Source of the DNA: an uncultured bacterium
GTDB taxonomy: Bacteria > Actinomycetota > Acidimicrobiia > Acidimicrobiales > VFJN01
Length of the DNA: 64,000 nucleotides
Reading direction: 5' to 3'
Assembly (NCBI GenBank): GCA_963813485.1
Contig: CAWEZE010000011.1
Span: 96,178-160,177, forward strand
Made by a program: the position numbers and the translations under genes. Position 1 is the stretch's first letter, and each line of letters starts with the position of its first letter. Below, piece by piece: positions 47,054 through 57,706 of the stretch. The notes under the pieces are model-generated. The model ran no database searches. It had not been told where the DNA came from and saw only the letters and a program-made list of their open reading frames with translations.

Positions 47054-48512
47054 TCAGACCCCGATCTTGTGCCACGGCCCCCAGATCGCGAAGCTCATCC
47101 CGCGGCTTGCCTGGATGTTCACGAACAGCGTGTGCCCGTCGGGGTCGAAGGTTGCGCCCGCGAATTCGTCGTTGAACCGGTTGGCGCCAGTGGAGCTGAC
47201 CAGTCGGTTCAGGGCGATGTCCCACAGCTTCCCGTTGGCGGACAGGCCCCGCACGAAGTTGTCGTTGACGTTGTCCTCGCACAGGACGAGCGTGCCCCGC
47301 TTGCTGGTGGTGACGTTGTCGGGGAAGTCGAGCGTGTCCGGTCCCGGCGACTGGAAAACCAGCTTCAGCCGTTCCGACGAGATGTCGTAGGCCCAGATCT
47401 GCCCGGAACCGTTGCCCCAGCCCTGCACCGTGTCACTGGTGCCTGGCTCGGCCGGGCCGCCACCCTGGGTCGAACAGAAGTAGATGGTTCCGCGGTCGTA
47501 GACGGCGCCCTCGAGCCGCGAGAACCAGGCCGCGCCCTGCGCTCGGCCCTGGTTGCCGACATGGTTGAGGGCCTGGTCGTTGGTCGTGGGTGCCGTCTGG
47601 CCGGGCGTGAACGGGAACGTGGGGTCAGGGATCGTCGATATCGACCCACGTGACCCGGTAGCGGGCGTTCGCCGGGCTGCGTGCGCCGCCAGGTCGGCGC
47701 TGGGCGTGCCCTTGACGGCCAGCATCTGCAGCCGCCCCCGGTTGACCAGACGGCCGACGTCGAGCGGATGGCGGCGAGGGATGTAGCGGTACAGGCCCGA
47801 AGGGAACCCGAAGTTGTCCTCGGTCAGGTAGAGCACACCGTGCCGGGGATCGAAGGCCACGGCCTCGTGCGCGAAACGCCCGGCGGCCGTGATCGGCTCG
47901 CGATCGGACTCGCCGCTCGCGGGTACCTCGAAGATGAAGCCGTGCCGCTGGGTGAGCGGCACGTTCGAGACACCGGTGAAGTCGGGGCCGACGTCGGGCC
48001 CGTTGATCGTCTCCTCGCAGCTGATCCAGGAGCCCCACGGCATGCGCCCGCCCGAGCAGTTCATCTGCGTGCCGTTGAGGCTGGTGCGGGCGCCGACCAC
48101 CTCGCCGAACCGGGTCACCTCGGTGGTGGTGGTGCCGCCACCGGCCATGGTGTCGTAGGCCTTGGCTGGCGTCGCCAAACGGCCGGCGCCGGGTTGTTGA
48201 TCTCGTGGTTGCGGACGAGGAGGACGTTGCCCCGTCGCCGCGGAACGCGGCCATGCCGTCGTGGCGCCCGGGCAGCACGGTGCCGTCGTCGAGCAGCACG
48301 GTCTGCTCGGTGTCGTGGAACGAGCGGTACTGGAATCCCTCGGGCAGCCACAGTCGCACCTGTCCGTCCCGCAGGTCGGGAACGGGACCCAGCGTGGGGT
48401 TGGGCGACGCAGCGACAGGTCCGGCCACGAACCCGGCGAAGGGGCCGGCGAGGGCGGCGCCCCCGGCCACCGCCGTACCGGTCAGGAACGTGCGTCGATC
48501 GATGCGTGTCAT
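47054..48512 (-). pseudogene. PhoX/DUF839-family secreted phosphatase-like protein with a Tat signal; about four frameshifts
   Basis: Tat signal MTRIDRRTFLTGTAVAGGAALA. Text then runs ..HDGMAAFRGDG | GNVLLVRNHEINNPAP | AKAYDTMAGGGTTTTEV...CEETINGP...YLTEDN... | SPANARYRVTWVDIDDP | DPTFPFTPG...LCEDN..FVNIQ across three frames. Shifts at about 48230, 48170-48195, 47675-47682 and 47625-47630. Confidence 0.75.
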
Positions 48513-48632
48513 GCCGATCCCCTCGTGTGGTGTGTTCCCCGCGAGATGGTGGCACGTCCGCGGCGTTCGTGCCGCCGTCTATGATCCGCGGCTTGAGGGG
48601 CGCATCTGGGGTGCCCCAGGATCCGCCGTCCA

Positions 48633-48878
48633 ATGGAGGAGACGACCGTGGACGCTCGAACACGCAAACTCGCGGGCTGGGTTATCGCGGCGATCGGTGC
48701 GATCATCGCCTTCCTAGGGGTCTTCGCAGGCCCGATCGGCCTCGGTGACGACGACTTCGGTGGGCTACAGATTGCCGCCGTCATCATCGGGCTCGTCGTG
48801 GCTGGCATCGGCGTGGTTGTGGCGCGCTCGCGCCCCAGCGTCGTAGAGCAGACGACCGCCAGCCCGTCCGAGACCTGA
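48633..48878 (+). CDS. Hypothetical small membrane protein (2 TM)
   Basis: 81 aa: LAGWVIAAIGAIIAFLGVFAGPIGL and LQIAAVIIGLVVAGIGVVVA. Confidence 0.4.
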   Translation: MEETTVDARTRKLAGWVIAAIGAIIAFLGVFAGPIGLGDDDFGGLQIAAVIIGLVVAGIGVVVARSRPSVVEQTTASPSET

Positions 48879-48955
48879 ACCCGTTCCCGCGTCGTTTTCA
48901 CGCGGTCCTCGCGAGAAACGACGCCGGAGCTGGGCGCTACGGGTCGAGGTTGCCT

Positions 48956-51382
<2,427 letters not shown>

Positions 51383-51406
51383 CGTCGTACTTCCCTCTCC
51401 TCTGTG

Positions 51407-52243
51407 TTACTGGCTGTCCGCCGACCGGGCGTCGGCCGTGCGCCCGTCTGCCGGTCGTGCGCCGTTGACCCGCCGCCCGTCGTCGGGGTTGTTCCCCGCT
51501 CCTGCCGCCTGCGGCGGCGGGCCGCTCGGGCCACGGCCGAGCGTTCGCTCGGCCTCAGGAGGTATGCGCCTGGTCACGTACACCTGGCGAGCGACACGCT
51601 CGCCGATGGTGCGGGTCTGCCCGTCGACCTCGACCACGAGCGGCCCGTCGAACGGGTGCTTCTCGACGACCGTCACCTGCACGCCGGGCACCACCCCCAA
51701 CGTCCCGAGGAACGACAGGATCTCGGCGTCGGTCGACCCCGACACCGCCACCTCGGCCACGTCGCCGGGCTCGAGGTCGTAGAGCTCGGGCGTGTTGGGC
51801 ATCTCGTCGGCCTCGGCCCGGGGAATCGGGAACCCGTGGGGGCAGGTCTCCGGCCGGTGCAGGGCCACGTAGAGCCGGTCGATCACCTCGTCGGGCAGGT
51901 CGTGCTCGAACGCCACCGCGAGCGCGTCGGCCTCGTTCCAGGCGTAGCCGAGCATGTCGGCGAGGAAGCGCTCGACGATGCGGTGGACCCGGATGGCGGC
52001 GACGGCCGCCCGCCTGCCGTCGCTGGTGAACCGAACGCCCTGGTAGGGACGGTGGTCCACGAGCCCCCGGTCGGCCAGTCGCTTGACCAGCGTGGTGACC
52101 GTCCCGGGCGACAGCCCGAGCCGTTCGGCCAGGGTGCCCGTGTGCGCTTCCGAGCCGTCGCGGGTGAAGCGGTAGATCGCCTTGAGCGCCTCGCGCTCGG
52201 AGCGGGTGAAGTCGTTCTGCATGAAGGGGTTTGGCACCGTCAA
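51407..52243 (-). CDS. DtxR/IdeR/MntR-family metal-dependent transcriptional regulator with a FeoA/SH3-like C-domain and a low-complexity tail
   Basis: LAERLGLSPGTVTTLVKRLADRGLV.., HRIVERFL, CPHG, then the FeoA-like segment DLEPGDVAEV...VVPGVQVTVVEK. It ends 24 nt upstream of the hppA start. Confidence 0.85.
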   Translation of the reverse strand: MTVPNPFMQNDFTRSEREALKAIYRFTRDGSEAHTGTLAERLGLSPGTVTTLVKRLADRGLVDHRPYQGVRFTSDGRRAAVAAIRVHRIVERFLADMLGYAWNEADALAVAFEHDLPDEVIDRLYVALHRPETCPHGFPIPRAEADEMPNTPELYDLEPGDVAEVAVSGSTDAEILSFLGTLGVVPGVQVTVVEKHPFDGPLVVEVDGQTRTIGERVARQVYVTRRIPPEAERTLGRGPSGPPPQAAGAGNNPDDGRRVNGARPADGRTADARSADSQ

Positions 52244-52325
52244 AACTCAGGCTTCGGGCATTGCGATCCGCTTGCCTACCACGCCGCGAGACCCGTCCCC
52301 AAACCGGGGTACCCCCCTGCAGGGA

Positions 52326-52727
52326 CTAGGCGAGCCAGCGGCTGAGGGACTCGACCACGCAGGCGGGTTGGTCGGCGCCGTCGACTTCGACGGTGATGAG
52401 GATCGTCGTCTGCACGCCACCGGGGATCTCGTCACAGGCCACCAGTTCGGCCGTGCCGCGCACCCGGTTGCCCGCGAGCAGGGGCGCTGGGAACCGCACG
52501 TTGCCGACGCCGTAGTTGACGCCCAGCGACGCGCCGCGGACCTCCACGATCTGGGGCAGGAACAGGTTGGTGAGCGCCAGGGCGAGATAGCCGTGGTCGC
52601 GGTCACCGGTGGCGGTGGCGAAGCGATCGAGGCGATCCGAGGTGATCTCCAGCCAGTCGCTGGTGCCCAGCCGTCGGCCCGCCGCGGCCCGCACCTCGTC
52701 CAGCGACCTGAGCACCGTCTGCGCCAT
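52326..52727 (-). CDS. MaoC-like (R)-specific enoyl-CoA hydratase/dehydratase hotdog protein
   Basis: From the ATG at 52727 (133 aa): ..SDWLEITSDRLDRFATATGD...LGVNYGVGNVRFPAPLLAGNRVRG... Confidence 0.7.
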   Translation of the reverse strand: MAQTVLRSLDEVRAAAGRRLGTSDWLEITSDRLDRFATATGDRDHGYLALALTNLFLPQIVEVRGASLGVNYGVGNVRFPAPLLAGNRVRGTAELVACDEIPGGVQTTILITVEVDGADQPACVVESLSRWLA

Positions 52728-52738
52728 CGGACCTCGAG

Positions 52739-53563
52739 TCAGGGATGCTGGGAGCTGACGCTCACGACTTCGCCGGTCATGTAGCTGGAGTAGTCGCTGG
52801 CGAGGAACGCGATCACCGTCGCCACCTCCCACGGCTCCGCGGCGCGGCCGAACGCCTCGCGCCCGGCCAGCTCGTCGAGCAGCTCGTCGCTCGTGACCTT
52901 GGCCAGGAACGGGTGCATCGCCAGGCTGGGCGCCACCGCGTTGACGCGCACACCGAAGGGCGCCGCCTCGAGGGCGGCGCTGCGCGTGAGCGCCATGACC
53001 CCCGCCTTGGCGGCGGCGTAGTGCGCCTGCCCCGCCTGGGCCCGCCACCCCAGCACCGAGGCGTTGTTGACGATCACGCCCGAACCCTGGCCGCAGAGGA
53101 TCCGCAGGGCCGCGCGGGTGCAGCGGAACGTGCCGGTGAGGGTCACGTCGACGACCCTGTGCCAGTCATCGTCGGTCATCTCCACCAGGTCGGCCGTACC
53201 GCCGAGTCCGGCATTGTTGACCACCACGTCGATCCGTCCGTGCCGGTCGGCGGCAGCGGCGAACAGTTCCTGGACCTGCAGCTCGTCGGTCACGTCGCAG
53301 GGGACCGCCAGCGGTTGTTCGCCCGCCCTGGCGGAACCGATGGTCTCGGCCAGCTTGGCCAGTTCGGCGACCGTCTCGCCGAGCCGGCGTTGGTGTGCGT
53401 CGCTGATCACCACGGTGGCGCCCTCGAGCAGGAGGCGCCGGGCGGCGGCCGACCCGATACCCGTGCCGGCGGCGGCGGTGACGACCGCGACCTTGCCGGC
53501 CAGCAGGCCGTGCCCAGCCGGCTCGGCCGGCGGCGGGGGCACCGGCGGGCGCGGATCGCTCAT
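52739..53563 (-). CDS. SDR family oxidoreductase (3-oxoacyl/3-hydroxyacyl-CoA type)
   Basis: From the ATG at 53563 (274 aa): TAAAGTGIGSA, NNAG, YAAAKAG. Confidence 0.88.
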   Translation of the reverse strand: MSDPRPPVPPPPAEPAGHGLLAGKVAVVTAAAGTGIGSAAARRLLLEGATVVISDAHQRRLGETVAELAKLAETIGSARAGEQPLAVPCDVTDELQVQELFAAAADRHGRIDVVVNNAGLGGTADLVEMTDDDWHRVVDVTLTGTFRCTRAALRILCGQGSGVIVNNASVLGWRAQAGQAHYAAAKAGVMALTRSAALEAAPFGVRVNAVAPSLAMHPFLAKVTSDELLDELAGREAFGRAAEPWEVATVIAFLASDYSSYMTGEVVSVSSQHP

Positions 53564-53681
53564 GAGAAGACCCCGACTCGGTCGGAGGCCGGCAGGACCC
53601 GTGAGCGGAGGGGAGCGGGCGGGCGTCGCCGGGGCGCTTCGCGCCCAGGGCTGTGCCTCCTGGTTCGCTCGCTCCGTTCGC

Positions 53682-54854
53682 TCACCGGGGCTCCTTGGGT
53701 AGGCCAAGGGCCCGTTCGCCGATGATGTTGCGCTGGATCTGGTTGGACCCGGCATAGATGGTGTCCGCCCGACTGAACAGGAACAGCCGCTGCAGGGCCG
53801 AGTTCTCGGTCGCCATTGCGTCGGCGCCGAGGACGTCCATCGCGAGCTCGCCCAGCCCCCGGTGGAACGTCGCCCAGTAGAGCTTGCCGATCAGCGCCTC
53901 GGGACGCAGCGCGCCCGGCTCACTGCCCGCGAGGGTGCGGAGCGCATTGAGCCGCATGATCTCCAGCCCGATGTGCGCCCGCGCAACCCGTTCACGCACG
54001 ACGGGGTCGTCGACGGTGCCAGTCCGGCGCGCCGCGGCGACGATGGCGTCCAGTTCGTTGCGGAAGTTGAGCTGCTGGCCCAGCGTCGACGCGCCCCGCT
54101 CGAACGACAGTGTTCCCATGGCGACACCCCAACCGTCCCCCACGGCGCCCACCACGTTCTCCGCCGCCGTGCGAGCGCCGTCGAAGAACACCTCGTTGAA
54201 CTCGCTGTCGCCGGTGAGTTGCACGATCGGTCGGACCTCGACGCCGTCCTGACGCATGGGCACCAGCAGGTAGGAGATGCCCGCGTGACGTGCGGTGCCG
54301 TCCTGCGCCGGCGACGTGCGCGCCAGCACGAAGCACCAGTCCGCCCAATGGGCGAGCGATGTCCAGACCTTCTGACCGTGGATCACCCAGTCGTCGCCGT
54401 CGAGCGCCGCGCTGGTGGCGATGTTCGCGAGATCGCTGCCGGCGTTGGGCTCCGAGTAGCCCTGGCACCACAGCTCGGTGCCGGCCAGGATCGGTGGCAG
54501 GAAGCGCCGCTGCTGCTCGGGTGACCCGAAGGCGATGACGGTTGGCCCCAGCAGGCCCTCGCCGATATGGCCCACCCGTCCCGGGCCCCTGGCCCGGGCG
54601 TACTCCTCCAGGAAGACCACCTGTCGCCACAGCGACAGCCCCCGGCCGCCGTGCTCCTTGGGCCAGCCGACGCACGTCCAGCCGTGGGCGCCGAGGTGGC
54701 GCTCCCAGGCCAGCCGCTCCTCGAACAGTGCGTGCTCGTCGCCGGGACCGCCCCGGTCCCGGACGGCGGCGAACTCGCCGGCGAGGCTGTCCTCCAGGAA
54801 CGAACGGACCTCGTCGCGGAAGGACCGGTCGTCGGCGTTCTCCCGCAGCTCCAC
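53682..54854 (-). CDS. Acyl-CoA dehydrogenase
   Basis: 390 aa: WCQGYSEPNAGSDL, WTSLAHWADW, YAGSNQIQRNIIGERALGLP. Confidence 0.9.
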   Translation of the reverse strand: MELRENADDRSFRDEVRSFLEDSLAGEFAAVRDRGGPGDEHALFEERLAWERHLGAHGWTCVGWPKEHGGRGLSLWRQVVFLEEYARARGPGRVGHIGEGLLGPTVIAFGSPEQQRRFLPPILAGTELWCQGYSEPNAGSDLANIATSAALDGDDWVIHGQKVWTSLAHWADWCFVLARTSPAQDGTARHAGISYLLVPMRQDGVEVRPIVQLTGDSEFNEVFFDGARTAAENVVGAVGDGWGVAMGTLSFERGASTLGQQLNFRNELDAIVAAARRTGTVDDPVVRERVARAHIGLEIMRLNALRTLAGSEPGALRPEALIGKLYWATFHRGLGELAMDVLGADAMATENSALQRLFLFSRADTIYAGSNQIQRNIIGERALGLPKEPR

Positions 54855-54921
54855 GCCAGGACAGTACGGGTCGGTCGCAGACCGACGCCATCAAGGGGCG
54901 GCGGGCGGGGGTCGGGCTGGA

Positions 54922-54936
54922 CTGACGCCCCGTCAG
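54922..54936. promoter_or_regulatory. Perfect palindrome CTGACG-CCC-CGTCAG (candidate operator, copy 3 of 3)
   Basis: 68-82 nt upstream of the GTG start (54854) of the ACAD-SDR-MaoC gene string. A further 7-bp hairpin, GTCGGTC-GCA-GACCGAC, lies at 54869-54887. Confidence 0.55.
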
Positions 54937-54946
54937 GGCTCGAAGG

Positions 54947-57493
54947 TCACACGATGGAGGACGCGCGGGTGACCGGGACCGCGCCTTCACCGTCCGGGTG
55001 GACGCCGTCCCCCGCGGCGACGGGGCGCCCCTCCTCGGGGGTCCCCACCGACCGCTCGGCGGTCCGCCGCAGGCGCAGGAACGCCAGCACGGCCACGACG
55101 TAGATCGCGAGCGCCGCCGTCTGCACCGATCGGAACCCAAAGGTCATCGACAGGATGGTCGTGAGCACCGAGCCGATGACCGAGAAGAAGCCGTTCACCG
55201 CCCAGCCCCAGGCGCTGTACTCCTCGCCGTGCTCGGTGAGCCCGGACACCAGGCGCAAGCCGAAGGGCATGAACATCCCGAGGCACACGCCGAGGGGCGC
55301 GAGGACGAGCACGGTGACGAGCACTCGCACGCCGAGCGACGCCGACAGCAGCGCATCGGTGAGCGAGTCGAGTCCGAAACGGTAGAAGAGCGTGAGCCCG
55401 GCGAGCGCCACCAGGACCGCCGGCAGGGGCGTCCACGTCGGGAGTGCGGCCAGGCGCCGGCTCAAGAGGGCGCCGATGCCCGTGAACACGAGGATCGACG
55501 CCAACGTGACTGTGAGCGAGTAGGTGGGGTAGCCGAGGAAGAGCACCAGCCGCTGGATCATCGTGATCTCGAAGAACATGAAGCCGAGTCCGAGGGCGGC
55601 GAAGTACACCCCCGACATGCCCTTCGACGGCAGGGCCCTCCACGTCCGGCGAACGGCCACGAACGGCAACAGCAGGAACACCGCGGCGTAGACGATGGAT
55701 AGCGCCAGCAGCAGGAGCAGGACCCGCTCGCCGACCATGTCGCTCTCGCTGTCACGGATGTCGATGGACTTGGTGATGTCGCCGAGCACGTCGGGGAAGG
55801 CGCTGAAGTGCCAGAAGAAGGGCGCGTCGTCGGTGACCGCGTCGATGGCGCGGTCGTGCCCGGCCACCAGGTCGTCCACCTCCTCCTCGCTGGCTGCGCC
55901 CGCCAGCTGGTTGACCAGGTGGTCGCCGAGCGCCGCAGTGTCGTCGCGGTCGCCGGGCGCATAGATCGGCACGTTGTTCGGGACGTTGGCGACGCTCTCG
56001 GAGAAGGCGTCGACCTCGCCGGTCGTGAACGGGGTGCGCTTGACGATGATCGTCGACAGGGCACCCCCTTCGGGCGGGAGGTACGCCGCCACCATGATGT
56101 GCTGGCTGGGGTCGTCGACGCCGAAGCGGCGGAGTGCCTCCCGGGCCGTCACCACGTAGCGGCTGGTGCGGTTCGGGCGACCCTGGAAGTCGAGCTCGCC
56201 GAACTGCACGACCATGACGCCATCGTCGGTGAGATGGTCGAGCGTTTCCTCGATCATCTCGGCCGTGTAGAGGTAGCTCTCCGACAGCACGAAGGCACCC
56301 GAGGAGGCGGCGTTGTTGGCGGCGTAGCTGTCGGGCGCCACGTACCACACGAGGTCGTACGACCCGTCGCTCCGCGCCAGGTAGTTGCGGGCGTCGCCTT
56401 GGTGGAGGTCGACCTCGGGCCGTTCCGGCAGATGCCCGGTGTAATCCGCGAAGTGGTCGGTCAGCAGCGACACCGTGACGGGGTTCAGCTCGACCGCCTG
56501 GATGTCCGGGGCGCCGAAGTAGAGCGAGGCGAGGATCTCCTGGCCGCCCGCCGATCCGACGATCAGCTCGTGCTCGGGCGCGTCGCCGAGCACGCCGAAG
56601 GGGATCGAACGCGTATCGGTATCGAAGCGGCCGAGCGAGTCGACGTCGCCGTTGAACCGCCACAGTCCGGAGCCGAACAGCCCGTCATGGAGGAGGAGCC
56701 GGTTCTCGTCGGTGAACGTCTCCGAGACGTCGACGCGGAACACCGGCCCCCAGTCCGAGTAGACGACCCCGCGCTTGTCGGGCGCCAGGTGCTTGCTGGC
56801 CTCGGTCCGGACGTCGGGCAGGTCGTCCTGGACGACCACCGCCACCGCGAGCACGGCGGTGAGGACCGCGGCGCCGGCGCGGTAGATGGCCCGCGGCGGC
56901 ACCGTCAGGAGGCCCACCACGGCGAAGATAAGGGCAGAGACCATCACCACCCCCGGCGGGTCCAGCCGGATGATGAGCGGGATGGCCAGCAGGCAGCCGA
57001 GCCCAGCGCCCACGAGGTCGGAGAAGTAGAGCCGCCCGACACGGTCGCCGGCGCGGCCGAGCATCGTCGCCACGATCACGCCCAGGGCGACGAACGAGGC
57101 GAACAGGCAGAAGGAGATGAGGACGAGCCGACCCAGGTTGGCGAACGACGAGCCCGATCCGTAGTCCCAGATCGCGATGGTGTTCAGCGGCAGGCTGGCG
57201 ATAGCCCAGTAGCCGAGGGGGATGCTCACCGCACCGACCAGAGAGCACACGGCCACGACCCACTCGGTGCTGGCGCGGCGGATCGGGGTCCAGATGGCCA
57301 CAGCGATGCCGCCCGAGCCGATGCCGAGCAGGCTCAGCCCGATGACCAGGTAGGTGAAGTAGTAGAGGAGCTTGTAGGAGACGATGCGGGTGTAGGCCAC
57401 CTCCAGCAGGAGGCCGGCGAGGGAGACGAGCAGCAAGGCGAGCCACGGCGGCAGCCTGGTTCTGTCGGTCGTGTTTGTAGCCATGTCGGTCAC
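54947..57493 (-). CDS. Fused polytopic membrane / spermidine-synthase-like (class I methyltransferase-fold) protein
   Basis: 848 aa. About 7 N-terminal TM helices, then a central soluble domain with ELIVGSAGGQEILASLYFGAPDIQAVELNP..HQGDARNYL..YDLVWYVAPDS (aminopropyltransferase-like), then about 6 C-terminal TM helices. Confidence 0.75.
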   Translation of the reverse strand: MTDMATNTTDRTRLPPWLALLLVSLAGLLLEVAYTRIVSYKLLYYFTYLVIGLSLLGIGSGGIAVAIWTPIRRASTEWVVAVCSLVGAVSIPLGYWAIASLPLNTIAIWDYGSGSSFANLGRLVLISFCLFASFVALGVIVATMLGRAGDRVGRLYFSDLVGAGLGCLLAIPLIIRLDPPGVVMVSALIFAVVGLLTVPPRAIYRAGAAVLTAVLAVAVVVQDDLPDVRTEASKHLAPDKRGVVYSDWGPVFRVDVSETFTDENRLLLHDGLFGSGLWRFNGDVDSLGRFDTDTRSIPFGVLGDAPEHELIVGSAGGQEILASLYFGAPDIQAVELNPVTVSLLTDHFADYTGHLPERPEVDLHQGDARNYLARSDGSYDLVWYVAPDSYAANNAASSGAFVLSESYLYTAEMIEETLDHLTDDGVMVVQFGELDFQGRPNRTSRYVVTAREALRRFGVDDPSQHIMVAAYLPPEGGALSTIIVKRTPFTTGEVDAFSESVANVPNNVPIYAPGDRDDTAALGDHLVNQLAGAASEEEVDDLVAGHDRAIDAVTDDAPFFWHFSAFPDVLGDITKSIDIRDSESDMVGERVLLLLLALSIVYAAVFLLLPFVAVRRTWRALPSKGMSGVYFAALGLGFMFFEITMIQRLVLFLGYPTYSLTVTLASILVFTGIGALLSRRLAALPTWTPLPAVLVALAGLTLFYRFGLDSLTDALLSASLGVRVLVTVLVLAPLGVCLGMFMPFGLRLVSGLTEHGEEYSAWGWAVNGFFSVIGSVLTTILSMTFGFRSVQTAALAIYVVAVLAFLRLRRTAERSVGTPEEGRPVAAGDGVHPDGEGAVPVTRASSIV

Positions 57494-57576
57494 GATCCCC
57501 CAGCGGCCGTGGAACGTCTCCTAGGGCGGCGCCGACAGTACCGGGCCGCCCGCCGACACGGAAAGCGTTCGCCGAG

Positions 57577-57629
57577 GCCGAAGCCCGAGCGGCCGTGGAG
57601 CGGGAATGTGCGCCGAAGCCCGAGCGGCC
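57577..57629. repeat. Direct 18-nt repeat GCCGAAGCCCGAGCGGCC x2 in a divergent intergenic region
   Basis: Copies at 57577-57594 and 57612-57629. Flanking GAGCGGGAA (57598, 57649) and AGCGTTCG (57563, 57668) are also duplicated. Confidence 0.5.
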
Positions 57630-57706
57630 CGGCGCCGAAGGCGCGCAGAGCGGGAAGCACGCGTCGGAGCGTTCGGCTCGGCACAAACACCCGTACCCTG
57701 CACCCC

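Noticed and set aside
52244-52325. Looked for an IdeR/DtxR iron box (TTAGGTTAGGCTAACCTAA-like) upstream of the DtxR-family gene
   Set aside because: Only a weak GGTAGGCAAGC resemblance, which is not supportable.
55808-57706. N-terminal 630 aa of the 1281-aa track ORF 55808-59653
   Set aside because: This part is antisense to the membrane spermidine-synthase-like gene and is Arg/Gly/Asp-rich low complexity. The ABC exporter text only starts at 57707/57755.
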